Shown here: in pieces, positions 48,471-57,521 of the stretch
Numbering within the stretch: the stretch's first letter is position 1
Layout of the letters: each line of letters opens with the position of its first letter
NCBI GenBank assembly: GCA_050747525.1
Contig: JBOGOC010000110.1
Coordinates: 17,303-81,302, forward strand
Reading direction: 5' to 3'
From: Candidatus Polarisedimenticolia bacterium
GTDB lineage: Bacteria > Acidobacteriota > Polarisedimenticolia > JACPZX01 > DASXTC01
Length of the DNA stretch: 64,000 nt
Translations under genes and position numbers: made by a program
The notes under the pieces: model-generated
What the model was told of the DNA's origin: nothing
Database searches by the model: none
What the model saw: only the letters and a program-made list of their open reading frames with translations

Positions 48471-50800
48471 CTACTGCGGCCGCAGTCGCGTCGCCCGCCT
48501 GATCAGATTGTTTCCTTCCTCACGGGAAAGCAGTCCTGCCTTGACCAGATCGTTCACTTCGCGCGTCACGCACGTGAGGTACGCACCGGGAGAATCCCAC
48601 GTCGCTGTCGGGTCGCAGAGGGCCTGGCCGTTGCAGTCTTCGTCTCGCGCGTCGCCTGGGAGCTCCAGCGCTCCCGGGTAAACGTGTGGGTCACCGTCGG
48701 AACAGTCTCCGTCGCAGGGCGTCCAGCCGTCATGATCGGCGTCGAGCTCAGCCGGGGACAGGCTCCCGTCGCAGTCATTGTCCACCATGTCGCACAACTC
48801 GGGAGCGCCCGGGAAAACAGACACCTGGCCATCGTCGCAGTCGCCGTGGCAGACGGCGAACGTGTCGTCGTCCAAATCGGCCAGGTCCACCCGTCCGAGG
48901 TCCGGCCAGTCGGGGTGGGTGCAGTCGTTGTTGAAGCCGTCACAGATCTCGGTGGCGCCCGGATAGACCGTCCGCTCGGCGTCGTCACAGTCGCAGGCGG
49001 TGCTGAAGCCGTCGCCGTCATAGTCAGGCGAGTTGCTCAGGACATAGCGCTTCCCGTCGCTCAGCTGACCCACAATCGGGTCGCTTCCGCCCCACACGAT
49101 GGCGACGCCGTCCGCCCAGACCATCGTGGCGTCGCGGCGCGGCGACGGAGCGTTCACAAAAGTGGTCGGCCCCCACAGCAGCGTGAAGGGGTTGTAGATC
49201 CCTCCCGTATTCAGGATGTGCAATCCAGCTCCACCACCCCAGACCATCATCCGCTCGCCGCTCCAGATGGCCAGGTGGTTCCCTCGTGGAAGAGGCTCGG
49301 TCCCCGAGCCCGCAATCGGCAGCCAGCTGTTTGATGCCGGGACGAAGCGGCCGACTCCCGTTCGGACGACCGGGCCGGTGCCGCCGTAGATGAGCATCTC
49401 GAGCCCCGTCCATACGGCCGTATGCGCGGTGCGCTCGCGGGCCGCGCCGATCATGCTCGTGGGGACCCACGAGTCAGTGGCCGGATCATAAAGGCCGCCG
49501 CTGTTGAGGTAAATCTCGTTGCAGGAGCCGGACGCTGAAAAGCGGCAGACCCCTCCCCAGATGACCATCCGGTCTCCAGTCCAGACGGCCGTGGCACCCT
49601 CGCGCGGGAAAGGGGCTCCGGTCAGCGAGGTCGGAGACCAGACGTCGGCCACCGGATCATAGCGACCGCCCGAGTTCTCATCTCCGCCAGCCGCCCGGCC
49701 TCCCCAGACGATCATTTCGCTGCCGGTCCAGACGGCGGTGTGGAATTGCCTGGCCGACGGGGCGCCGGCCTGGTTCACGGGGGACCACGTGTCCGTCGCG
49801 GGATCATACCGCCCCCCGCTCGAGTTGCCCCCCCAGATCAGCATCCGATTGCCTGTCCACACGGCGGTGTGAAGTATGCCTCCGGTCGGAGCGCCCAGTG
49901 TGGACACCGGCCTCCAGGAGTCGGTGACCGGGTCGTAGAGACCTCCCTGGCGCCCACCGCTGCCCCAGGTGATCATGTGAGTGCCTGTCCAGATGGCACT
50001 GTGCGCCGACGCCGGCGCTATGCCCCGCGACATGGGAAGCCAGACGTTGTCGGGCCCGCACGCCACGGCCGGCGAAGAGGAGCCGCCGGGCAGAGCCCCC
50101 GGCATGGGCGATTGCCGCAGCTCCTCACTGGCCGCGCTCCACCAGTCGTCGAACGATTCCTTGGGTATGCGATGGACGACACCGGGCGCGCCCTCGCCGT
50201 CGGTGGCCGGCTCGCGGACGAGGAACGCGTCAACCGTCTCCTCCAGGACCGTCTCCGACCGCTCGCCGGCCAGATCGCCCGCGGCCAGGGCCGCCGCCTC
50301 CCTTCGGGCCGCGTCGTGCCGCCCAGGATCGTAGGCGAAGGCCCGGCGGAGCAGCCGATCGGCCAGCAGAGGCCGCACCAGAGATTCCCGGATGAGAACG
50401 GGATCGTGTTCGAGCGCCTCGAACATCTCCTCGAGCCGATCAGGCATCACGGTGCTGTGGGTGATGCGCTCCAGCTCCTCGTCGAGCTGCTCCACGGTGA
50501 TCCTGATACCCCAGAATCGGCTCAGGGCCGACTCCTGGAGAATCCAGGTGTTCACACGTTCGCGAGCCCGCTCAGCTCCTACGAGCTCGTCATAGGAATG
50601 CCTGGCTCGAGAAGATGGCCGGCCTGCACGCGATCGATGGCCACCTGCGCGTCGACCCTGCCCGTGAAGGTGATCTCCCGCCGCGGCGAGGCGTCCGTCA
50701 AGAAGGGTGAAATGACCAGAGACAGGATGGAGGCAAGCCAGAGCATACGACCTCCCATGCGCCACAGGCGCCGTGTCTGGTGAAGGGGTGACCCGATCAT
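48471..50800 (-). CDS. Secreted kelch-repeat protein with C-terminal Cys-rich putative metal-binding (MopE-like) repeats; probable frameshift near 50590
   Basis: Kelch units WTGxxMIxWGG (7 copies). Cys repeats CDCDDAERTVYPGATEICDGFNNDC (3 copies). A signal peptide plus mature start is encoded by a different frame (50800..50579, MLWLASILSLVISPFLTDASPRREITFTG...) that overlaps the 5' end of the long frame (48471..50765). Confidence 0.55.
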
Positions 50801-50988
50801 ACGCTCATTGCCCTCGAGAGGCTTTTTGGTTCCCGCCTTACTGATGTTTTTTATTCCTGCAGCGACGAGGACGCCGTGCCTGGCAACCGTGGGAGTCTAC
50901 CAGGGACGCCCACGCGGCCGGAAAGTATTCCCTTGCGTGAGGCAACAGGCGTATGATCAGGGCCTGCCCAATCGTGAGGAGGTGTACC

Positions 50989-51339
50989 TTGAAGAGAGGA
51001 CTGTTCCTGGTGGCTTTGGCCTGCGCGCTGGCGGGCAGCTCGGCCGGCGCCGCTCCGTTCAGGGTCAGCAAGGTGGAGCTTTTCTTCAACTTCCTGTTGC
51101 GGGACTCATCGTGTCCGCAGGCCACGCACCTGTTCGTGCGCAGGTGCCAGATAAGCGGCGACATCCCTCAGTATTACGCGCGGTTCAGGGAGAACGAGGA
51201 TGTCTCGGCGCTGGAAGACACAAACACGCAGGTGAACGTCAGGGGGATGGTGTCGAAGGTGCAGCACAACTGCTCCCTTCCCATACTCGAGTCCCCGAAG
51301 ATGGAACCACAGACTGACATCTTCGACTGTTTCGACTGA
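50989..51339 (+). CDS. Small secreted hypothetical protein (116 aa), TTG start
   Basis: GAGGAGG 4 nt upstream of TTG 50989. Signal peptide MKRGLFLVALACALAGSSAGAAP. Four Cys residues. Confidence 0.4.
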   Translation: MKRGLFLVALACALAGSSAGAAPFRVSKVELFFNFLLRDSSCPQATHLFVRRCQISGDIPQYYARFRENEDVSALEDTNTQVNVRGMVSKVQHNCSLPILESPKMEPQTDIFDCFD

Positions 51340-51395
51340 TCCGGAACGACCGACCACCGTCTCGGGGACGCCAGCGTTCCCGTACGTCCCTGACA

Positions 51396-54300
51396 TCAGG
51401 GCTCGGTGTACTCGATCCGCAGGCGGGGGGCGGCGAAGGCGCCTCCCTCGAACGACTCGGCGAAGCGCGTGCCGGAGCCGGTGATCAGGAACACCATCGC
51501 GTTCCCGCTGGTCCAGCCGGCCCGGTTGACGATCTCCTGCACGATGGGGGCCAGGTTTGGCGACTTCTGCGCACCGCCCGCCTCACCAGGCGACGGCCAG
51601 GCAGGAGGAGCCCACGAGATCGAGGCCGTTGTCCGTGTTCGGCCGCCGAGGTCGTTCTTGACGGCGGCGAAGGTGGGGGCGTTGTCGGCCGCCTGACCCC
51701 GAATCTGCAGCGACGAGGACGCCGTGCCTGGCATATCGGTCTGGAGCTGCAGCCAGGCTCCCTGGATGACGGAGCCCTTGGGTATGGCGATGTCCGTGAA
51801 ACGCACGCCCACGTACGGGAGGTCTCCCATCGGGAGGTAGCCGAGGTTCAGGGTCACCGCCTTGGTTTTACCGCCCACCTGCTGGGCATCGTCCGATCCT
51901 GCGCTCACGGTGCGGTCCAGAGTGACCACCTGGGCGGGCGGATTCACCACCACGGAGACCGCGCCGAGTCCCACCAGCTCTCCGTCGTCGGCCTGCAGCT
52001 CCAGCACGTAGGTTCCCGGCTCGGAGAAGGTGGCCGTGGTGTCGATGGCCTGGGGATGGGCGAAGGTCACCACGCCCGTCAACGGCCCGGTCTCCTTGAA
52101 CCAGAGGGTCTGGAGGGCTCCCGGAGGATTCGGAAGCCCGTCGTCCGTGACCGTCCCGTTCAGCAGGACGGGGTTGGGGATGCGCACGGTCACCGGCGGC
52201 CCCGGATCCACGGTCGGAACCCGGTTGGACGGTGGCGTGGAGCTGCCGATCTCGACGTGGAGGAGCGCCGCGCCCAGCGGGAGATCCTCCCAGGCTTCGG
52301 CCACGCGCTTGCCGGACCCCTTGATCACCACGACCAGAGCGTTGCCGCTCGACCAGCCCGGGCGGTTCACGATCTGCTGGATGATGGGAGTGATGTCGGG
52401 CGTGCGCTGATTCGGCCCCACCTCGCCCACGATCAGCCACGGCGGAGGAGCCCATGACACGGAGGCCGGTGTGAGCGTCCGGCTGCTCACGTTGAATGAC
52501 GTGGTGGTGAAGGCCGGGGCGTTGTCCACGTTCTGGCCGTAAATCTGGAGCGCGGTGGCGTCCGATGTGGCCTCGTCCGTCTTGAACTGGATCCAGGCCC
52601 GGACGATCCGCTCGCCCTGCCGTACGGCGAGGTTGGGGAAGCGCAGGCCGACGGTCTGCACGGTCGAGTCGAACACAAGCTCCAGGTCGGAGCTGTCCGC
52701 CATGGACCCGCCGGCCTTCTCTTCGACGTCGTCGGCGGCGTTGGTGATGCGCACCTCGACGGGGAAGCCTCCGCTCACACCGTCGGTGACGGTGATGGAG
52801 ACCGTGTCCGTGCCGCTCAGCTGGCCGTCGGTCCCGGTGAGCCGAAGGACGTACGTCCCGATGGTGCTGAAGGACGCTGCGGACTGCGGCGAGCCGGGAG
52901 CCGCGAAGACGACGCTGCCCGGTCCGCTCTCCTTGGTCCAGGCCACCGAGAGGGTGGCCGACGGAAGCCCGTCGTCGGTGACCGTGCCGTTGAGCGTGGC
53001 ATCGGCCGGAAGGATGATGGTGCTCCCGGGTCCCGCGTCGACCACGGGACGCTGGTTGCCTCCAGCAATGGCGCCGAGCCGCACCCAGCGCGCCACCGAG
53101 GGGACACCCGAGGTGTTGACCAGGAAGAGCATGTAGTACCCCGGTGGAGCCACGTTCTGATCGATGGGCGCAGTGGCCACCAGGGTCGAGGCCCCCGTCT
53201 GGGAGAAAGCCAGCGGCACGTACCGCTGCTCGATGTTGATGGCGTGTGTGGAGACCCCCGGCCGCATGAGCACCACCGAGGCGATCGACGCGGCATCCAG
53301 TGAGCCGATGCTCATCGTGCCGCTGTGGGGGACGGCGCCGGGAGCAGAGCCAATCACGGGTCGTGCGCCCCGGAAGAGATACGGCGGCGAGTAGACCTCG
53401 GCGGTGTAGTTGCCGTTGGCGCCCGCCCACAGCACACGCCCGTCAGGCAGGAGAAGGGCCGATGAATGGTATCCACGGCGCGTGCGCTGGGACGCCATGA
53501 CCGTCCACGTTCCGGCGACCGGGTCATACATCTCGGCCGGATAGGCCGGGGTGAGGTCCTCGTCGGTCGTCCCACCCGCCACCAGAACCTTGCCGGTCGG
53601 CAGGATCACGGTGTTGGCGTGCATCCGCCGCCAGGTCATGGGCGGCGCGCTCGTCCACCGGGGCGTGGGGGCAGACATGTCCAGGATCTCGACGGTGTTC
53701 GTGGCCAGGGGGTCGGGCTTCCCCCGGTCCCGCCCTCCCAGGATCATGATCTTCTGGAAGCCGGGCGGCAGCATGACGGAGGTCCCGTGCGTGCGGTTTC
53801 CGTAAAGGCTGGTGCTCACCGGCTGCCAGGTCATGTTGGACGGATTGAAGACGTAGGTATTTCTGTCCGGCCCGATGTGCACCACCTGTCCGCTGGGAAG
53901 CATGTGAAAGCGCGGGTAATAGGTGATGGAGCGCTCGGCGCCCGGGAGGAGCTGGAAGGAGTCGGGCCCGGTCGACCCCGGCACGAAGGCCTCCACCAGC
54001 GGGTTGGTGATGCCATTCTCGTCGGTCCCGCTGAAAACCAGCGTGCGGCCGTCACCCATGAGGACGTTACTCGGATAGTAGCGCCCCGCGCGCATGTCCA
54101 CCGTGCGGGTCCACTGCGTGGTGAGGGGATCGAATATGTAGGCGTGCAGCGCCCCGGTCGTGCCGCCCGGATAGATGGAGCCTCCGGTTATGAGAACACG
54201 GCCGTCCTCCAGGACAGAATTGCCGGAGCACCAGACGATGTCCGGCACTGGCTTGGAAGATATCTGGTTGGTGGCCGGATCCCACACATAGGTGGTGGGG

Positions 54301-54605
54301 ACGTCGTCCTCGTCGCCGCGGAAGAAGAGCACCTTGCCCGTGCGCATGAGGATGGCGTGCACCGCGACCGCGGGCCAGTCCATCGGCAGATCCCACTGCC
54401 CGAACTGGGCAGGGTCTTCAGCAAGGGGGTCGGAGGTCGTGCGCCAGGCAGTGTAGAGCCCGTCATTTCGGGTGAGGGGTTCTTCCGCGTCGGCGGGCTG
54501 GGCACCGCGCTCAGCCGCCTGGCCGGCCACGAGCATGCCGACCAGCACAAGAAGGAGCGCCGATCCGGCCACCGGGCCGCGGAGACTGATGCGGGGCAGC
54601 ACCAT
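51396..54605 (-). CDS. Secreted galactose-oxidase/glyoxal-oxidase-like protein (kelch propeller plus DUF1929-like domain) with two C-terminal ~260-aa repeated domains
   Basis: 1069 aa. Signal peptide MVLPRISLRGPVAGSALLLVLVGMLVAGQAA. Propeller blades. VLMRPGVSTHAINIEQRYVPLAF is a DUF1929-like segment. The C-terminal halves are repeated (IQFKTDEATSDATALQIYGQNVDNAP / LQLQTDMPGTASSSLQIRGQAADNAP). Confidence 0.7.
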   Translation of the reverse strand: MVLPRISLRGPVAGSALLLVLVGMLVAGQAAERGAQPADAEEPLTRNDGLYTAWRTTSDPLAEDPAQFGQWDLPMDWPAVAVHAILMRTGKVLFFRGDEDDVPTTYVWDPATNQISSKPVPDIVWCSGNSVLEDGRVLITGGSIYPGGTTGALHAYIFDPLTTQWTRTVDMRAGRYYPSNVLMGDGRTLVFSGTDENGITNPLVEAFVPGSTGPDSFQLLPGAERSITYYPRFHMLPSGQVVHIGPDRNTYVFNPSNMTWQPVSTSLYGNRTHGTSVMLPPGFQKIMILGGRDRGKPDPLATNTVEILDMSAPTPRWTSAPPMTWRRMHANTVILPTGKVLVAGGTTDEDLTPAYPAEMYDPVAGTWTVMASQRTRRGYHSSALLLPDGRVLWAGANGNYTAEVYSPPYLFRGARPVIGSAPGAVPHSGTMSIGSLDAASIASVVLMRPGVSTHAINIEQRYVPLAFSQTGASTLVATAPIDQNVAPPGYYMLFLVNTSGVPSVARWVRLGAIAGGNQRPVVDAGPGSTIILPADATLNGTVTDDGLPSATLSVAWTKESGPGSVVFAAPGSPQSAASFSTIGTYVLRLTGTDGQLSGTDTVSITVTDGVSGGFPVEVRITNAADDVEEKAGGSMADSSDLELVFDSTVQTVGLRFPNLAVRQGERIVRAWIQFKTDEATSDATALQIYGQNVDNAPAFTTTSFNVSSRTLTPASVSWAPPPWLIVGEVGPNQRTPDITPIIQQIVNRPGWSSGNALVVVIKGSGKRVAEAWEDLPLGAALLHVEIGSSTPPSNRVPTVDPGPPVTVRIPNPVLLNGTVTDDGLPNPPGALQTLWFKETGPLTGVVTFAHPQAIDTTATFSEPGTYVLELQADDGELVGLGAVSVVVNPPAQVVTLDRTVSAGSDDAQQVGGKTKAVTLNLGYLPMGDLPYVGVRFTDIAIPKGSVIQGAWLQLQTDMPGTASSSLQIRGQAADNAPTFAAVKNDLGGRTRTTASISWAPPAWPSPGEAGGAQKSPNLAPIVQEIVNRAGWTSGNAMVFLITGSGTRFAESFEGGAFAAPRLRIEYTEP

Positions 54606-54831
54606 CGTCTCCTGTTCGGTTTTGTCTGAAAACGTCGCGACTGTTTACAGGAACGGACCGACCCTGTCAAGCGGATATTACGGCAAGTCCACCATTCACG
54701 CCGCCGGAATCAGTCGTATTCGATCAACAAACGGGTCGCTTTGTGCGAGCTGTTGTCCCTGTCCTCGTGGCTCTTGACGCGGCACCGCGTATGCCTTGAT
54801 GATTGGACCTTGTTCTCATCTGGAGGAGGCA

Positions 54832-55617
54832 ATGACGCGCACAACAGGACGTCGGTTCATGTTACCCGGGCTGGCCGGAATCGCCATGCTGGCCGCTTCA
54901 TCCCAGGCGCTGTTTGCCCAGACCGATCACTTCAAGTGCTATCAGACCCAGGAGCTGTTCGTCGAGCAGGCCAGGGACGCCGAGCTGACGGACGCCTTCG
55001 GGGGCGATCCGGAGGTCCGCATTCACAACGCGGCCTGGTTCTGCAACCCGGTTTCAAAGGCCGTCGGAGAGGAGGCGCCCACCCCCATCACCGAGCCGGC
55101 CAACCATCTGACTCTTTATCCGCTCTCGAACACCAACCCCTCGCCGCTGCATCGCGTCACCATCGACAACCAGTTCGGGACCCGCGAGCTCGTGATCACG
55201 TCGCCGCGGCTGGTGGCGGTGCCCACCCGCAAGGACGACGAGCCCGACCCGCAGGGGATCAGCCATTTCAAATGCCATCAGGCGAGCGGGCGGCCCGTCC
55301 ACGTGAGGGCCACGCTGGCCGACCAGTTCCAGACCGAGTCGGCGAGAATCCTGCAGCCGCGCTATCTTTGCAATCCGGCCACCAAGACGCTGGAGGGAGT
55401 GACCACCGCTCCGGAGCCAGGAGAAGCTTCTCTGACCTGCTACACGATTGCCCCGGGCGGTCCCCCGCCGGTCGACTTCATCGACTTCGACAACCAGATC
55501 GGCGCCCCGGACACCATGAGGCTCGGTCCGTCCAACTTCTTGTGCGTGCCTACCACCGTGGCCAGCGGGGAAGAGGCGGCGACCGATCGCCGTTACCTGC
55601 GGGACCAGCGGAAATGA
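54832..55617 (+). CDS. Secreted protein with three ~85-aa repeats (HFKCYQ-type), immediately upstream of and translationally coupled to the VgrG-like gene
   Basis: GGAGGAGG before ATG 54832. Signal peptide MTRTTGRRFMLPGLAGIAMLAASSQALFAQ. Repeats DHFKCYQTQ / SHFKCHQAS / ASLTCYTIAP. The stop TGA overlaps the next ATG (ATGA). Confidence 0.6.
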   Translation: MTRTTGRRFMLPGLAGIAMLAASSQALFAQTDHFKCYQTQELFVEQARDAELTDAFGGDPEVRIHNAAWFCNPVSKAVGEEAPTPITEPANHLTLYPLSNTNPSPLHRVTIDNQFGTRELVITSPRLVAVPTRKDDEPDPQGISHFKCHQASGRPVHVRATLADQFQTESARILQPRYLCNPATKTLEGVTTAPEPGEASLTCYTIAPGGPPPVDFIDFDNQIGAPDTMRLGPSNFLCVPTTVASGEEAATDRRYLRDQRK

Positions 55618-57158
55618 GCCGGGCCATGAGACAGATCGCGACTCTCTTCCTCACGGCCGGCATGTTGGCCGGCTCGGCGGCCCGGGCGGAACTCCTGCCG
55701 CTCGTCCTGGAGGACACCGCGACGCGCATCGCGCTGTCGGCGTCACTGCCGCCGGAGGCGGGAGCCCTGGTGCTCGAGGGGTTCCAGGGACACGAGGCGA
55801 TGTCATCCCTGTACTCGTTCCAGCTGGACCTGGTGTCCTCCAACGGGACGACCATCGCCATGGACTCCCTCCTGGGAAAGACGATGGGGGTGACCGTCAC
55901 CACCGCGGGCGGCCGGACGCGGCACTTCCAAGGCATCTGCAGCCGGATCACGCAGGGGCAGAGGGACGGGACCATCCGGTATCGCGCGGAGATGGTGCCC
56001 AGTTTGTGGCTGCTGACGCGACGTCAGTCCAGCCGGGTCTTCCAGGACATGTCCGTGCCCGACATCGTCTCGGAAATCCTGGGCCAGGTTCCGGGCCTCG
56101 CGTTCGAGTCGCGTCTCCAGGGGACCTTCCATCCACGCAATTACGTCGTCCAGTACAGGGAGACCGATTTCGACTTCGTGAGCCGTCTCATGGAAGAGGA
56201 TGGGATCTTCTACTTCTTCCTGCATGACGAGGGCGGTCACACCATGGTGCTGGGCAACAGCCCGCAGGGGCATCCCGACCTTCCTGGCGTCTTCCCCTAT
56301 CTGGGGGGGCGCCTCCTTCCGGGCCGCCCCGACTCCATCCAGGGCTGGGAGAAGACGCAGGAGATCCGGGCGGGCAAGGTCACGCTCCGGGACCACACCT
56401 TCGAGCTGCCGTCGAACGACCTGGAGTTCGGTGCGACCATTCAGGACACGGTGGCCGCCGGCGGCGTGACCCATCGCCTGAGCGCCGGCGGCGGCGACGC
56501 GCTGGAGCTCTACGACTACCCGGGCGGGTACGCGCAACGCTTCGATGGCGTCGACCCCGGTGGCGGCGAGCGCCCCACGGAGATCCAGAAGATCTTCGAC
56601 GACGGCCCGCGCACGGCCGGCATCCGGATGCAGGAGGAAGCGGCGGATGCACTCAGCATCCAGGGACGATCGACCTCGGCCGTCTTCTCGCCCGGGCACC
56701 GGTTCCAGCTCGCGCGGCACTTCGATGGCGATGGATCGTACGTCCTCACCTCGGTGCAGCACTCGGCGCGGGCAGCGGTCTACCAGAACTCCTTCCAGTG
56801 CATTCCCGCCGGCCTGCCGTTCCGGCCGCGCCGGGCCACCCCGAAGCCGGTCATCCCCGGCCCGCAGACCGCGGTGGTGGTGGGCCCTCCGGGAGAGGAG
56901 ATCTTCACCGACAAGTACGGCCGCGTGAAGGTGCAGTTCCACTGGGACCGTCAGGGGCAGAACGACGCTCACAGCTCCTGCTGGATCCGGGTCTCCACGC
57001 CCCATGCCGGGACCGAGCCGGGGTCCTACCTCGTTCCGGAGGTCGGCGACGAGGTGATCGTCGCTTTCCTGGAAGGCGATCCCGATCAGCCAATCATCCT
57101 TGGCAGTGTCTACAACGCGCACCGGCTGCCTCCTCCACCGGCGCTCATCGGCCCATGA
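55614..57158 (+). CDS. VgrG-like / phage gp27-gp5 baseplate hub protein, short form (gp27-like plus gp5 OB-fold, no C-terminal beta-helix spike)
   Basis: ~514 aa. VgrG N-region LPLVLEDTATRIAL...LYSFQLDLVS...LLGKTMGVTVTT...RHFQGICSRITQ, YRETDFDFVSRLMEEDGIFYFF. gp5 OB-fold RVKVQFHWDRQG...SCWIRVSTPHAG...VPEVGDEVIVAFLEGDPDQPIILGSVYN. It ends 10 residues after the OB-fold. Confidence 0.7.
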   Translation: MSRAMRQIATLFLTAGMLAGSAARAELLPLVLEDTATRIALSASLPPEAGALVLEGFQGHEAMSSLYSFQLDLVSSNGTTIAMDSLLGKTMGVTVTTAGGRTRHFQGICSRITQGQRDGTIRYRAEMVPSLWLLTRRQSSRVFQDMSVPDIVSEILGQVPGLAFESRLQGTFHPRNYVVQYRETDFDFVSRLMEEDGIFYFFLHDEGGHTMVLGNSPQGHPDLPGVFPYLGGRLLPGRPDSIQGWEKTQEIRAGKVTLRDHTFELPSNDLEFGATIQDTVAAGGVTHRLSAGGGDALELYDYPGGYAQRFDGVDPGGGERPTEIQKIFDDGPRTAGIRMQEEAADALSIQGRSTSAVFSPGHRFQLARHFDGDGSYVLTSVQHSARAAVYQNSFQCIPAGLPFRPRRATPKPVIPGPQTAVVVGPPGEEIFTDKYGRVKVQFHWDRQGQNDAHSSCWIRVSTPHAGTEPGSYLVPEVGDEVIVAFLEGDPDQPIILGSVYNAHRLPPPPALIGP

Positions 57159-57176
57159 CCCCCGCGGAGCGGCCCT

Positions 57177-57205
57177 TGACAACAACGGGCTCAACCGGTA
57201 GAAGG
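57177..57205 (+). promoter_or_regulatory. Sigma-70-like promoter candidate (TTGACA -17- TAGAAG) for the Cys-rich peptide gene
   Basis: ttgacaacaacgggctcaaccggtagaag sits ~43 nt upstream of ATG 57248. Confidence 0.35.
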
Positions 57206-57247
57206 GATTCCGTATCGCAGTCAACACATCATGTTGAGGAGGGTGCC

Positions 57248-57463
57248 ATGAAGGGAAGGGTCCTTCTGCGTCTCGTTCTCGCCGCCGTCATCGTCGCTTC
57301 CATGGTCGAGGTCATCGGTACCGTGCCGCCGTTGGAGTCCACGGCCATCCCCGCCGGCCATTCCTGTGTGTCGGACGCCGACTGCAAGGGGACGCAGATC
57401 TGCTGTCCGATCAGCGGGACCTGCACGACTCCGCGGGGATGCAGAAAAGACCCTCTCAACTGA
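57248..57463 (+). CDS. Small secreted Cys-rich peptide (71 aa, 6 Cys in the ~35-aa mature region)
   Basis: GAGGAGGG 6 nt before ATG. Signal/TM segment MKGRVLLRLVLAAVIVASMVEVIG. Mature region HSCVSDADCKGTQICCPISGTCTTPRGCRKDPLN. Confidence 0.5.
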   Translation: MKGRVLLRLVLAAVIVASMVEVIGTVPPLESTAIPAGHSCVSDADCKGTQICCPISGTCTTPRGCRKDPLN

Positions 57464-57521
57464 GCGAGGCGGCCGGAATCCCCTGCTTCAGGTCGTATGA
57501 GTACCGGAGTGGGAGGTCCGC

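Noticed and set aside
50808-51317. A 169-aa ORF overlapping the small secreted protein gene in another frame
   Set aside because: The alternative frame starting at TTG 50989 has a strong RBS and a clean signal peptide. The 50808 ORF is Arg/Gly-rich with no signal peptide or motif.
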